This document shows, in pieces, positions 27,553-41,513 of a DNA stretch of 64,000 nucleotides. The notes under the pieces were generated by a model. It was given only the letters and a program-made list of their open reading frames with translations. It was not told where the DNA came from and did no database searches. The position numbers and the translations under genes were made by a program. Source of the stretch: Perna viridis (taxonomy: Eukaryota). The stretch is taken from positions 24,907,171 through 24,971,170 of the forward strand of contig CM074511.1 of assembly GCA_037379345.1 (NCBI GenBank), in the 5' to 3' direction. Every line of letters starts with the position of its first letter. Within the stretch, counting starts at the first letter, position 1.

Positions 27553-30500
27553 ACTATCACTTTAAAGTTCCTTGCTGTCCTGCACTGCTTTACTGCAGGA
27601 TGGGCTCATCGTATTAGTCTAATGTCTTAGGAGCTTTAGACTTGAGCTTGCTTCCTGTTAGAAGCATTGGCTCTTTATATTAGTCATGTATTTGTCTTGT
27701 TTTATATGTGTTTGTCTCCTCCCCAGCCCTACTTGACTGAAGAATAGGCTCATTATGTGAACCTGGTGTCATAAGAGCTGCTTGCCTCTTAAGCCTGTTT
27801 AATATCAAGATGGACTCATTATATTTGTCTGCTGTTATAAGAGCTTTTTACTTACAAATACCATAGCTGCTTTCTGAGCCTGCTTCACTCAAAAGGAAAG
27901 GATCATTTTTATTTAGTCAGTATCTTTTTAGTAGGACTATTTTTGAGTACCTCCATTTTGATAGTTTGTGCGTGACAAGCTCAATAAGTTTAATTCAACT
28001 TGAATTTCACTTTTGTCTTAATTGACAAGAGAAAGATGTAGAAATGTTCGGGAAACTAGAATTGATCCCAAACTTTAATTGGTCCAGAAAGACCCTGAAT
28101 CTACTGATGAGCCCATCTCTCCATTCATCTTTGCCTTGAATCTCATCAAGGAAGAGAAAATGTTAATTTCTGTACTGGTTCAATTTTTCTAAGGTTACTA
28201 GATAGAGCAAGAAGTTTGTCACAGTATCTCAGTGTAAGGTAACAAATCATTTGTAAAATGACAAAGAGAAGTGTAAAGTTGTCTATAAGTCAATGACTGT
28301 ACCTAAAGGCATGAAAAACATTAATTGATATTGTGGACTAATGAAATTACAAAAAAAAGAAAAAGAAATAGTACCCAAAATTCCAAAATTCACTTTCTGA
28401 TACTTTTGAATGAAAATTATTTGTGCATTAATAAATGTCATGGCATTTGTTCTGGATGGAAATGATAAAGATGTAATAGCAGGTAGAGACAAGATATAAA
28501 CTGAAACATATCATTATCCACAGAGTTTTAACTAATAAAGATGTAATTATTGTGGAAAAAAAAATTCATAGGGGTAAATTTAAATTTTTATTTGGTGCAT
28601 TTAAACTTGATCACCTGCTAACAAGATTAAATTCATTTGTAATCAAACACTGCTGACGTGATATCAGGACTAAATGTCAGTATTGGAAAGGAACAAGACT
28701 CCTTGTCCCTGAAGAAACAACAGTTTCCTTTGAGAATAGGGTGAAAAACTTAATTTGACACACTGCTATGATGTTCATTTCATCTTATGTATGACATTGT
28801 GATGAATTCTTTATGACAAATGCTTAGAAGTTAAGGTTATAATAAGAGGGTCAGATTTGAAAGTCATTCTGACTAAGAAAGAATTTGATTGAAACTTCTT
28901 CAACTCTGATTTTTGAAACTGTCAGATATCTGAGAGAATATGGTTGATATTAAGTGGGTGGCCTGACTTGATGGGTTAATGGATTCTGAATAGATGAAGA
29001 TCCCTGCAGGGAGGGAAGTAATTTGAAATTAGGATACTGCTCAGGAGTCACATCCTCACTGTGACCCTGTAATATGATGTGGCAGAATGTTCTGGTAATG
29101 GTTCAAAATGACATCACTATATAAATGGTCTCATTCATATTCTGTGGCAAATAGTATCTTCCTACAAATCATAAGGATTTTAGAAAGAAATTGGCTAGCT
29201 TTTCTTCAGTAGAGTTCAACTGTAGAGTCCCCAAATATATATTATAACTAGAAAAAGAAGGGTCTTTTACCTAAAAGCCAAATGGCTAATTAAATCAAAA
29301 AAATCTGTATGATTAATATCGCTAGGTAGATTAAAATGAAAGATAGATGTTCTGCCAAATTTGTAAATGATACAGAAATATATAATACTTTATTATAGGT
29401 AGGTATTTTTGTAGGATTCTAATTCTTCACATATTTCCAGGTGTGCAAGGGTGTTAATTAATGTTTTTGTACTGTTAATTGACAATATCTTTTGTTTTCT
29501 AATTGCTGTTAAAGTTTTATCTGTATGTCCTCTACCTGTTGTGGTTTGTCCTAATGAGTTGTTTATACCCCCTTAATATAAAAACTTGACATTTCCAATT
29601 GTGTTAAAACAATAGGCTGTGTTACTAACAGGTGTTGTGGGCATTGGACCACTGGACCTGAAAATGGAGATATACCTTATTTACAATGGACTAATACTAA
29701 TGTTTCTTAGGTTAAAAATCAATTAAAATGTAATTGTAATAAATTTGAAATTGGGGTTCCTAGGTTGGTAAAAGGTCGCAAGTCTTTTTTTTAGGTATGT
29801 TGTGTGATGAGTTTGGAAACCCATCAAGTTAAATGGGTTAGCTGTACTTGCAGTGTACTTTAGGCTGAGTACTTGTAACTGTCGCTATCATGATTTGTTT
29901 TTAAAGTTCAAGACATGACAGCAAAAAAACGATGGTCCAGATATCCAGTGGATAGAGAACTTTGGACCCCTGTCATGACACGAAGATTTGGTTTCATGAT
30001 TAGTAGCATATTGTCAATAAGTTCAAATTTATATTGTTTCTTTTTTAAGAGTACTATTTAAGCTTATGTATGATTACAATACATAAAACAGATTTTTAAA
30101 GGAGTTAGCTTTCCTTCCAAGCTAATTAGGCTGGGATAAGGATTGACATTCATGACTTCATTACTTAACCAGAACTTGTATTAGAACTTATTTTGAAGTA
30201 TTTGATGATTTCCAGTTTAAGTTATTTAGAACTCAAATCCTTAAGCTCTATGCTTTTACCCTGATCTTGCCATTTGTTATACAACTTTCTTTTTTACTAT
30301 TCTTTTTGACTACTGCCTAGACTCTATTGGTTCTGACTACTGCCTAGTTTGTATCAGTTCTGTAATTTTATTATTACCCTTCATGCAGTGCCAGTCGTTC
30401 GTTTCCGCTCTCACTAACTACTGTAGACTGGCCTTTCAAAATTCTCTGACATTATTTAAATCAAATGTCATTTGATAATCGGATAATATCATGTAAAATC

Positions 30501-33500
30501 TTCATCATTTTTCTGACTTTGCAAGATTCTTTCATTTTTTAAGAGGGCTGGCTGCAGTGTTTAGAGTGAATTTCAAACATCAAACCCTGTGTCAGAGTTT
30601 GTGAAATCCTACCATCTTTTTGCCGCCCAGATACAGTTTTGGGACACTTCCCCAGAGCAGTACATGTATCAATATACACCTTAACCTGATTTCTATTCTG
30701 CCTTTAGGTCAACATGTTCTCATCTACAACCATAAAAGATTGAGAAGTTTAGAAAATTATCGATAAATACTCAAATTGTATACAACCTTTCATACACAGA
30801 ACAATTGATGATTTTTTTTCAATAGCCAAATTTGATGGGATATTAAAAGTGCTATCAACATTTTAAAGACAAAACCTCCTATTTGTAAATCTCGAAAATT
30901 TTATGGCTGATAAGGCAAAGTTAGTATTTGTTTGAGACCCAGATTATTGTAATTTAATATTGACTCAAGATGTTTATAAAATTACATAATACAAATTTTA
31001 TCAATCAGCACTAAGTGTCATTAACCACTGAGAAGCTAATTGAATTGTTACAGTGAGAAATGTCTCCAAGGTCCAAACACTCATAGATCACTGAACTTTT
31101 CTTATTGTTAAGGGTGTACTGAGGAACATTTTACAAATGAGCCGAAACTAATGTTTTACACCAATTCTGTGTATGATTTGATCAACTTTAATGTGGGTAA
31201 CAACTTGCTCTGACATGTTCGTGTTTTATATTGTCCCAATAACTAGATCTTGCCAAAGATTTGAGAAGGTTTATGTAACAATATTGCCAATAGCAATTAT
31301 AAAGTGTCCTGGAACATTTAAGATCAACATTGTTTTTAAGGCAAGCCAGAGCAGGCAAGAGCATTTTCACAAGAAATTCATAGGAAATCAAGCCCACACT
31401 GCTTCTTTAAATATTGCCTTATGATTTTGTTGGCAAAGCTTTGATGCTATCAATAAGGTAATTCTGAAATGAGCTTCACAAGTACTGCTTATCCTAACTG
31501 GCTATGGCTGATGTAGTTTTATGTTTAGCACTGGTTTGAAAAATTTTAATGTGGAACTTGTGACTATCCAAACGTCCTCTGTTTTGACTTTAAATCCATG
31601 TCTATTGACCTTCTCATTCGAATGACCAACTCTCAGCCACTTGTAAACACAAATTTTGTCCATCTGTAGATCACAAGTAAATGCAAACAAATAAACACAA
31701 ATTTTCTGTGCCATGGTTTTATGATGGTAAGTTTACCCAGGCAGTTTATAATGCCCTTTAGTACACTCTCCAAAACAGGTGGTCCAAATATAAATTAGAT
31801 TGTTTACCAATATTTGGGTGTAGCCGTTAGTAGGGTTGTGTTGAATCTTCAATTTTTAGTGTATCGTAATGAGTTGTGACTTTTGATATTTTTGAGACAT
31901 TTTAAAAGTGATCTTTTAGAGGTTATAGGAAAACACACTCCTGACAAGATATTAATGTGGTAGAATGGTTGTTTATATGTGGTTTAAAAGCTGAAAGTCT
32001 GTTTTGACATATAAATCAACTGATTCAACCACAGACTGGTGATTCAGTACATTTGTGAATGACAGCTTTGCACATTTAAATGTTCAAGTGCAAATTGATT
32101 TCATATAAGTCTATTTCATTAGTTCTTGTTTGGTATAGGTCAAATGTAAGAGAAATGACTTTGGGCAGCATTAAAGAAGCATTGCATGACTCAAGGTATA
32201 AGCTGCTTCATATCAGAGGTTCTAATTACATATTATTAAAGTTAAGACCATTGAAATGAAGTGGTATATCTCTAATATTCCTTAAAATTAAAAACAAAAA
32301 AAGGAAAGTGTAAATATAGGACATTCAAATTGAGCTGTTATTATTTTTTTATGAGAACAGATGCAGCAATGTCTTGAAATCATCCTGATTCCATTCAAAT
32401 GACATGGTATTGACAGGAGTCATAAAAAATGCATATAAATGAGCTAATTCTTTCTCTTTGTAAGTGTTTCAAGTGAGACAGCTTTCCTAAGTGACTTTAT
32501 GTTGTCAGTTGAGATCACTGTGACCCATTTCTTATGCTTTGGTAATTTTTGCCTTGCTCGGGCTTCATTTGAATTCTACTTCTAAAGAAACAGTGGACTG
32601 CTGATTCAACAGTTACCAGGTAGTAGAATTATGATCAGGGAGTTTTCTACTTGTTCAATTTTGATTTTCTGCTCCATTTCTTAAAGTTTTCCTTCACCTT
32701 TGTGGAGAATCATTAGATCTAGGTTTTTGGTATCTAAAATCAAAAAGATTTGATGATGAAACCACCTGCCAGATGTTATATAGAACCAGAGTAATGCATG
32801 TAGAAATTTTCAATATCCGGGCCAATTTATGTGATATGTATCTACCTTATAGAAATATTAATCTGATATAGTCTTTTTATAAGCACTGGGCTTGCCAATA
32901 AATTATATTTCATTCATAATTTAATATTTAGGGCAGGAAACATGGTTTGAAATAGTTTTGATCTAATATTTTTATGATATGGGTCAGATTTTGTGTATTG
33001 GGAGATTACCTACAATTTTACCTGATATTGTCAGGTAAATTGTTTGATGTGATTATTATGTAATCAGAGGTGATTTTATCGAGGTTCTCTCCTGATAGAC
33101 ATACCACCCCTTTAAATGTTGTAGTTTAGGTGATTTATGTAACAATATCATCGTAACAGTTTTAATGTTTTACTTTCTAAAAATTTGATAAGATATTTAG
33201 AAACTTATCTCAAAGGAAGGGATAGCAACATTCAATAATCTCGTGCAGTGTGTACCATGCACTTGTTTAGTTTGTGGGCTTTTATGATTTTACATGCAAT
33301 CATCAGCTCAAAAGAATTTGATCTTCATGGAAATAACTTGAAACATGTACTTTAGTAAGAAAATGTTTTATTCAAAGTTTATGCAGACCACCTATGCAGC
33401 TTTGATGCAGAAAAAACAACACTTTTTAAACAAGATACAAGTTTTTTATTTTTGCATTAATTTAATTTTGAGTTGTTAAAAGATAAAGCATCAGGGTTGA

Positions 33501-33747
33501 TTTCATGAAGAGTGGCAATTGATGACAGAAGGATTAGTTTTAAATTTTATGTTTAGCATCTACTTTTTTCATCATTTCTAGGCTTGTGTCTAAATTTTAT
33601 GAATTTAGAAGTTATTGATCTCAGGAAGACATCCCATGATAAACCACATTTTTGAATGAAGAGTACACTTTCTAAGATTTAAGGGATTTACAGATATTAT
33701 ATTGTATAAACAACTGATCTACTTTCACTTTCACTTTCTACTTTCAG

Positions 33748-33897
33748 ATTCAACTTGCCCCATGATGACCATAATAAGTGTGCCAAATATAACAATGGTG
33801 ATGAAGACAACAATGTAATGTCCCCGACAATGAACCACAACATTAGTCCTTGGACCTGGTCCAAATGTAGTGCAGCCCTTCTTACCAAATTTATTGA
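33748..33897 (+). CDS. ADAMTS9: ADAMTS exon, third Zn ligand and Met-turn: FNLPHDDHNKCAKYNNGDEDNNVMSPTMNHNISPWTWSKCSAALLTKFI(D)
   Basis: ctttcag|...|gtatgt; 150 nt, phase 2 to 2; completes HELGHVFNLPHD; VMSP Met-turn; WSKCS motif. Confidence 0.97.
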
Positions 33898-34007
33898 GTA
33901 TGTTGTTAGAGTTCTATGATGTTGGGCTATGTTTTGGAAAGAATTGATCAACTTATGATGAGCTGTGAAACTGATCTTTTAATACATAACATAATTGAAT
34001 ACCATCT

Positions 34008-34196
34008 TTAAGGCCATTCAAAAAATTCTTTGTTCTCAGCCAATTCATTTTTATGAAAATTATTGATGAAGATTTGGAGTAATTTTGTTACACTGTTTAC
34101 TGACCCTTCCCCATAAAAAAGTGATGAGGGTGCTTTTAATATATATTTATCCAGAAATGGGACCTGAGAACCAAAAAATTAATTTAAGTCAGCCTT
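34008..34196. mobile_element. Degenerate TTAAGGCC-ended MITE (related copy 43178-43426)
   Basis: Both start ttaa(g/a)gccatt..ttgttctcag(g)ccaatt; inverted ctgagaaccaa near the right end. Confidence 0.5.
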
Positions 34197-34430
34197 GCTA
34201 GGAATCTGAAAAATCAATTGCTTTATCAATTATAAATATTTTATGGAGAATTCTTATTTTCTTGGTCATTGCTCAAATAGTAAATAGAGGATGTTTAGTG
34301 TAATAAATTCCTATGAAAACTACAATGTAAGAATGTTTCAGTATTACACAGTGATAGGTAAGCCTTCTAAAAAGAGTTTTAAAATCTTAATTCAGTATAC
34401 TGACTCTTTTGTATATTTTCATTGATGCAG

Positions 34431-34581
34431 TGCAGGTTCAACGGAATGTCTGGTAGACAGACCGGGCACTACCAAGTTTGCCCAACCTATTCACCATGCT
34501 GAACAAGTTGCCAGATACTATGATGTTGATAGACAGTGCCAATTATCTTTTGGGAAAGATCATGTTATTTGTCCATTTATG
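34431..34581 (+). CDS. ADAMTS9: ADAMTS exon, end of catalytic domain/start of disintegrin-like: AGSTECLVDRP...YYDVDRQCQLSFGKDHVICPFM
   Basis: gatgcag|...|gtatgt; 151 nt, phase 2 to 0; CLxDxP and QCxxxFG motifs. Confidence 0.95.
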
Positions 34582-35047
34582 GTATGTATTACCATGGTTA
34601 CATTAGTAGAGATGCTTATCTTTGTGGATTCTTCATATGTTTTTTTCAAATTTTTTTGACTACATATTACACACTACCAAATGTAAATCTCTCCATCTTC
34701 ATAATGACAAAAATCAGGTTTTTACTAACTATTTTTTAAAAAAAGTTTGGGTTATCTTTTAGTTGCATAAACGGTCTGCTTCATGTAAAAGGAGTCTCAA
34801 TTAGAAGCATCCATGTTAGCAGGATGGAAAATAGATAATTTTGCACCAATTTTTACATCAGAGTAGAACAAATCAGGTTCCAAAACAAAGCATGTTTTGC
34901 ATAAGGCCTTGGTTTACATCAATATATACCATAATCCAGACTGCTGGTGCAGATTAAAGGAAAAGGGGGTGGGATGGAGGGTTTGATGTAGGGTTTTAAA
35001 AAAATGGGAAAAAAATGACCCTGTTAATAGAATGTGTATTATTTTAG

Positions 35048-35155
35048 AATAATGACTGTATGAAGTTGTGGTGTACAGATTTGAAAGATACAGACAAGAA
35101 ATGTAGAACTTTACATATGCCATGGGCTGATGGTACATCATGTGATTCTAATAAG
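35048..35155 (+). CDS. ADAMTS9: ADAMTS exon, disintegrin-like: NNDCMKLWCTDLKDTDKKCRTLHMPWADGTSCDSNK
   Basis: attttag|...|gtaaag; 108 nt, phase 0 to 0; LWC and PWADGTxC motifs. Confidence 0.95.
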
Positions 35156-35177
35156 GTAAAGACAATTGTAACCATGA

Positions 35178-35350
35178 TACAGTGAAACCTGTCTAAACCC
35201 AACACTGGAAAATCTAAAAACCTGTCTAAACCAACCACTAGAAAATCTAAAACCTGTCTAAACCAACAAATGGAATATCTAAAACCTGTCTAAACCAAGC
35301 AGTGGAAAATCTTAAACCTGTCTAAACCAAATCCAGGAAAATCTAAAACC
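35178..35350 (+). repeat. 32-bp tandem array (5 units) grown from a MITE terminus
   Basis: tacagtgaaacctgtctaaacc, then cctgtctaaacc at 35188, 35221, 35253, 35285 and 35317. The reverse-complement terminus of the family is at 50860-50882. Confidence 0.88.
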
Positions 35351-38300
35351 AGGAGAAAAACGAGTTATGAATAATTGCAATAGTGAACTTCAAAGAGAAT
35401 CGTCATAATCAGCACTTTGACTACCATCAATGTCAATTTGGATAATTAAAAACAAAACAAAACCCAAAATCATATTTGGAAACTTTTACAAAGGAAATAG
35501 CCTTATTTCATAAGTTTTTCAGGACAAATTATACCACTGATTCTACACATTACATTCTAAACCTAGACTGCTTTGTCCCCTTTCCATTTTGCCTAACTTT
35601 GTTGATCATCATCCACTTTTCATACTTTTATGCCCCCCCCTAATCTTCTCACCTGAGAATGTGAGATAGTAGTGTGGGATTTCCATTTAACCAATTCTGC
35701 CTATTGAATTCTACTTAAAACCTGTATCTTCCCAAGTCAGACTAAAGTTTGTAATTGTTTTGGCACTGCACCAGTTCTGATAAATTATTGGAAGAATTTG
35801 TGTCAGTATCTCCACTTTCCAACTAGGACATGATACTTGGTGAACAGAATTATAAATCAAAACCTGCCTAGAGCATGGATAATGTATAGATTGAAAATGA
35901 TTCCTCATGACAAACTGTCTATCTAGAGCTGTAGAGGCAATTTAAAATCAGGCAGAAAATGTAGGCAATAATGTAATGTGTTTGATTAGATGTCAGGTAG
36001 CAAATGATTTGTCTTAAAACCAGTTAAGAAAAAAAAGGCGGTCAGTGGGGAAATTTGAAATAAGGTAAATAGTGTAAGCGTTTATGTATTGTGTTCGATT
36101 AAATATTAGGTAACAAGTCATTTGTCTAAAAACCAGTTAAGAAGTAAAAGAAGCTGATTATTTGGACTACATGTGAAGTGGTTTGTCTACAGTGTGTTTA
36201 ATGTCTATTACATAATTCTGCTACCATGTTAAGCTTCGGCATTCTGTGTGTTTCATAACCTCACTTTTTATTCGTATCATTGAGTCAATTTATTAGAAGA
36301 GCATGCAGTTATTTAATCCAATACAGATTTGATTATGTAAATTGTCTTGTAGTTATATGGGGCGCTGTCATTATATGATACCATGCATTTTGAAGTATCA
36401 TTAAATTTTAAAATTAGAAACATGATGGATCCTATTATATCTTTATGACACTACATTGATTTTTAAGTTTATATTTTGGAATAAGTTGCCTTATTTTTAC
36501 CTTCTTCGTCAGCACAACTCTGTCCGTCTACCAATCACACTTCGTGTACATATTTAGTGTACTCTGTTACTCAAGAAGTTTTGAACCATTACTACTGAGT
36601 GAGGTCTATATTGAAATTATCTTGTTCATTGCCCTTTTGTGTAACAGATTTCTCAGCTCCTATTGGAAGGAATGCTTAATTGCTTAGATTACATGATGAC
36701 TTAGTGTATACGTACTTCGTCCCCCCTTTCCAGTGTATACGTACTTTGTCCCTCCTTTCCAGATTCCTCACTAACCTACTTCCAGTTTTCTGTACAACCT
36801 TATTTGACATTAATGGTCAAAAGGGTGTATTCTGAGTATGACAAAGTGTGAAACTTTTTGTTATTAAAACTTTGCACAGTATTTAAACACAGGTTGTAGT
36901 TCTGCACCATGTAACAATTTGATGAGATGTAGGTCCATGCAAGTATCAGTCTTGTTTTTCTTTGGAATAGGTCCAATGTTTCCTGTGTTTCTTTGCATTA
37001 AAACACTATTTCTGGTATCTAAATATAGGTATTTTGCACAATTAATGTAAATTGGTCTTATATAAAACTTATGATATAAACAGGAATGAATTGCTTAATC
37101 ATTCTTTGTAAATATATACCTATAAACATTCATTAAATAAGAATATAGTGCTCTGAGTAAGGGAGATGGCTGGTCCATCTTTATTGATAAATGTAACACT
37201 AGGGCCATCATTTAGAGAATAAGAAGTATTCAAACCTGGGATTAATCCAAAACTTTGGAAAAGGAGGGGTCTTGAAAAAAGGGGGGTCTTGGATTTTCAT
37301 AGCTCATTTTTGCCAAAATAATGCTCAAAATTAAAAAAAAAAAAAAAAAAATCCCAAAAAGGAGATTTTAACCCCTGTAATTCCCTTTCCATGGATCTTT
37401 TAACTTCTTGAAAATTTTCTGTTGTACTTTTGTAAAACAAGTTTCTTTAAGATATTGTCTATTGATCGATCTCTGTTGGGAAATCTTAACATTAACTTCA
37501 TACTGTCATATTATTGTCTCCTAGCAAGGTATGTAGGATTCAGCTATTTGAGGCATTGTTTACGATGTCATTTGCAGTGTCGGAGAAGCAGCCGTTTTAT
37601 GATTATTTTATTGGTATACCATTGCATAATGGGATAAGGAGAAGAATTTATAGTTTAAATGATGAATTTACATGATGCTTTTTTACATTAGGATCCGATT
37701 AATATCTGGATAATGACATAGTGCGTTAAAGATTTAATGGCCATCTTCTGTCTCTTACATCATTTTACTATCGCTTTTGTAAAGTATAACTTCACTTTGT
37801 TTACTCATCGTGAAATCATGTACACTTTTTGTAATTTTTATTATCATATCATATTTATGTATACAATGATGTTATGGACTGAATATGGAAATTTATGCCC
37901 TTGTAAGAAAAGGCATTTCTGACTGGCATGCATCTTCCATCATTTTGTATTTGATCTATAGTATACCGCTTTTAATTGTTTCAATGCATGCATTGTTTGT
38001 ATAAGTTGATACATGTGAAATCGTCTGAAACTTTAACATTTGAAAATGATAGGTAAATATCAGTTTCGATAATGTCAAGATAATATGCTTCTTATAAAAT
38101 TTTCCAGACTTGCTGCCTTGATTTGAATTCAATTATTCAGTGCCATTGTTGTAAGTTATATCCATAACAAGGATAATAAAACTACCCTAGGGAATTATTG
38201 TACTCATATTGGAATATCAACCAAGCAAAAATATATGATTTTTAGTTTTTATGCACCCTTTTTAAGCCATTTTTCAAGTGGTTTGACATGAGAAATGCAC

Positions 38301-38654
38301 TTAGTGTCTGATGGGTATGGTCTACTATACAGTACGATTTGGTATAGTGATGAGTATTTATGCACGTATCCAAATTTGTTTTTTGCAGGTGCAATCGTAC
38401 CAACTATAATGGAACTTTACAAAAAGTTTTTTTTTATTATTTATATAACATTATACATTTGTAAATTCAAAATACCCTTCAACCAAATTGTCTCCCAAAC
38501 TCCTGATTTTAGCTTTAAATGCATACCTGCAGTGTATATTGACGATGCTAGTAATACATTAATATGTATTTATCATTAAACCAAAACGCTGACTTTAGGT
38601 TTTTGTCAGAAAGGCTATTGGAAAACTTTTAAATTTTTTTTTCTATAACTTTAG

Positions 38655-38797
38655 TGGTGTTGGCATGGTGTGTGTAAATACAAGAAGAAGTACAAACCTG
38701 TAGACGGAGGATGGGGGAAATGGGAGGAGTACGGAATGTGTTCGAGAACATGTGGGGGAGGCATCAAAACATCAATCAGAAGATGCAGTAGCCCAAG
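38655..38797 (+). CDS. ADAMTS9: ADAMTS exon, start of central TSR1: WCWHGVCKYKKKYKPVDGGWGKWEEYGMCSRTCGGGIKTSIRRCSSP(R)
   Basis: ctttag|...|gtatta; 143 nt, phase 0 to 2; DGGWGxW and CSRTCGGG motifs. Confidence 0.97.
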
Positions 38798-39111
38798 GTA
38801 TTACTATCTTTTATTGGTGATTGGTAATTTGAAATTTTGAAATGTAAATGGAATCAACTGTTATAGAAATAATATAAGGAAGGCACCACCATAGATGCCA
38901 ACAATTAATTTTTTTACTATTGAACTGCGTGGAAATCAAAATGTATTGAGTTATCATGTTTTGTTTGTGTCACCAACAAATGTTTCTTTCACACCTTTGG
39001 TCCATTACAGGCAGGATTTTTTTTCAGCACCATTAGGTATACTGGTCTGACATTTCTACCCTTTCTGCCTGTTTTGTTTTCATATAATTATTATAGATCT
39101 ACTTTTTTTTA

Positions 39112-39315
39112 TGCTGTAAAAGTCCTATTATTCTTGGGGTACCAATTTTTGTGGTTTTTGTGGGTAGGCCCAACGACGAAAATTGGCTCCATTGAAGATG
39201 AGATTCCCTTTGATCTTTGTACTGAAAACCTCAAAACCGCAAATTCAAGAATCCACGAATTTGTGTTTCTTCCCTAATCCATGAGATTAGGTATCCATAA
39301 AGTTTTTTCACAGTA
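39112..39315 (+). mobile_element. MITE with TACTGTGAA...TTCACAGTA-type ends (inverted copy at 56498-56707)
   Basis: tgctgtaaaagtcctattattcttggggtaccaatttttgtggtttttgtggg matches the reverse complement of 56655-56707. Confidence 0.78.
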
Positions 39316-39325
39316 CTTGACAAAG

Positions 39326-39502
39326 TCATTGGAATGTTTGTATTCAGCAATTTACATCAATCTCATGTAAGCATCAAAGAAACATGGGCAGATTTCATTC
39401 TGTTTCAAATGGAAGCTTGATAGGCTTTTGTGAAATTGAATATGGTACAAACATATCACAGATTTCAAGAGTAATATACCTTTCCTAGGTCTACCTCCTT
39501 AA
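39326..39502 (+). mobile_element. 5'-truncated second copy of the TTAA-flanked element
   Basis: Aligns with 10575-10751 (tcattggaatgtttgtattcagca...ggtctacctcc-TTAA). Confidence 0.85.
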
Positions 39503-41449
39503 GAAAGGTACAAGGGTTAGTTTTTGGGTTAAACGAAATGAAAACAAAGTTATACCAATGGTTGTCAGATGTTAAGACCTTTAGATAATAAATGATGATA
39601 GGGATTACCCTTTATTTTAAAAGGTCTTTGCCTGGGCGAAACATGGGCAAGTAAAATGTCATTTTAAGTAGTAATGTTAAAATAAGAATTACAGTAGGTT
39701 ACCTTAAACTTTACAGAGAGATTACTATTCAAAAGCACTTCGCTGTGTGAAATGCACAATTTTTGGGTTATAAAAATATGATACAGATAAGGATATGACA
39801 GGTTAATCACACAGACAACCATGTTCTTTTTGATGTCCTTACTCATATTTAGACTCATCATATGTATTTATACTTAGCCCACATTTTAAGCCTCTTAAAA
39901 TTATGATCTATTGCAGGAAACTATAAATGTTAAAATTTTATTTGAAACCCATAAAATTTTTACTCCTTGACTTGTGTGGAATTAAGTGCTAAACTTGCTC
40001 ACTGTAAATGTAAAGATAATATATTTTTATAATGTTATCCCTAAGATAGCTAGTTTTTAATGGCCAATTACACATCTTTGTACATGGTTTGGAATGGAGT
40101 AATGTCCTACTTATTTTAGAGAGTTTAATTTTTATTGTTTTTCAATTGAACTTTTACTTTTACCATTCCAATTATATGGGATCACAAAAAAAATTGAGTC
40201 TTTTTTTTTTAAATTAAAATAAAGAGGGTCACTTTTGTTAATATGCCTTTATTCTATCTTCATATTTTATTAACATGAACATAAAGGGTGTGTACTGTCA
40301 TTGAACTCTTTCACAAATACTATCAAAGGCATATAGATTTACAGATTTTTTGGTAGTTTCTACAAATTTTGAGTTCTAATTAAGCTCCATTGATAGCACC
40401 TCTCACCATAGTACTTATGGTAAAAAAAAACCACCAGAATTTCAGTATTTATGGATCATTTTCATAATAAAATACCAAAAGTTTCTTTGAGACAATAACA
40501 CCTAGTCGATTTGACATATTACATTGTGGATATGTTCAGATAAAATGATGGAAGGCTGTCAATACTTCAATATGATAGATATATTGATTTCACTCTTCAG
40601 TTATCATAAAATATGATTTAACCACTTGTGAAAAAGAACTGAAGGAGAGAAGTTTGCCATTGATCTTTTTATCTTTTGACTGTTCAAGTGTTTTTATTTA
40701 TCTTTAACGTTTACAAGTTGTATCTCAATCTAGTACTAATTATGCTGTACATATATTTGCCTAGTGTAAATGTGACGTTTCTTGGCTCTTGGTTGAATTT
40801 TTTTTTTTTGTTTTCAAAGGGATGTAGAAAAGTAAATCACTAAAATTGACTTTTTGCACTCATATTGTACTCTTGACAAGTAATTTACAACTTAAAAAAA
40901 ACTTGAGATTCCCAAGATTTTGACTTTTAACATAAAAAAATTGGCAAAAATTGGCTAAATGTTTGCTTCCAGTATATGTATGTGTTTTGTTGCTATGTTG
41001 ATGTATTGGAAACAAATTTTAGATAAATTCTATTAGAAATTGGACAGACTATGAGTGTGTCAATTTTTTAAGCACTATGAATTTTGCACAGATATTCCTA
41101 TTAATGTTAGTTATGGCAAATATATTGTATTCAGGAATTCAAGTTAATGGTTTTCTGAGGCCCGGAACCCTCATTTTCCAACTCAAGGCCTTTGGGATTT
41201 CATTCACTTAGGTCAAAGACCTTTGTAAGTATTCACTGTTACTTTGAGGACTTGGTTTTTCTCAAGTGGACCATTTATCTGAAACTTTGCAGAGTCCAGC
41301 ACCATCCACTTTTGAATTATTTTGGACCCCCTGTGTATTAGTTTCCCAACTTGATAGTCTTCAGTATTTTTGAAATATTGGAATACAGTACATTGTACAT
41401 AGCTTCAGTAAATGGAATAAATATCTAAATATTTTTTTCCTTTCTCAAG

Positions 41450-41513
41450 ACCATCTAATGGAGGAAAGTACTGCATTGGTCGAAGAACAAGATACAGATC
41501 CTGTAACTTCAAG
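41450..41513 (+). CDS. ADAMTS9: ADAMTS exon, TSR1: PSNGGKYCIGRRTRYRSCNFK
   Basis: tttctcaag|...|gtaata; 64 nt, phase 2 to 0; NGGKYCxG motif; AAG acceptor. Confidence 0.95.

Noticed and set aside
35185-35350. Constant repeat with variable inserts, superficially CRISPR-like
   Set aside because: The variable part is only ~6 nt, the unit derives from a MITE end, the context is a eukaryotic intron and there are no cas genes.
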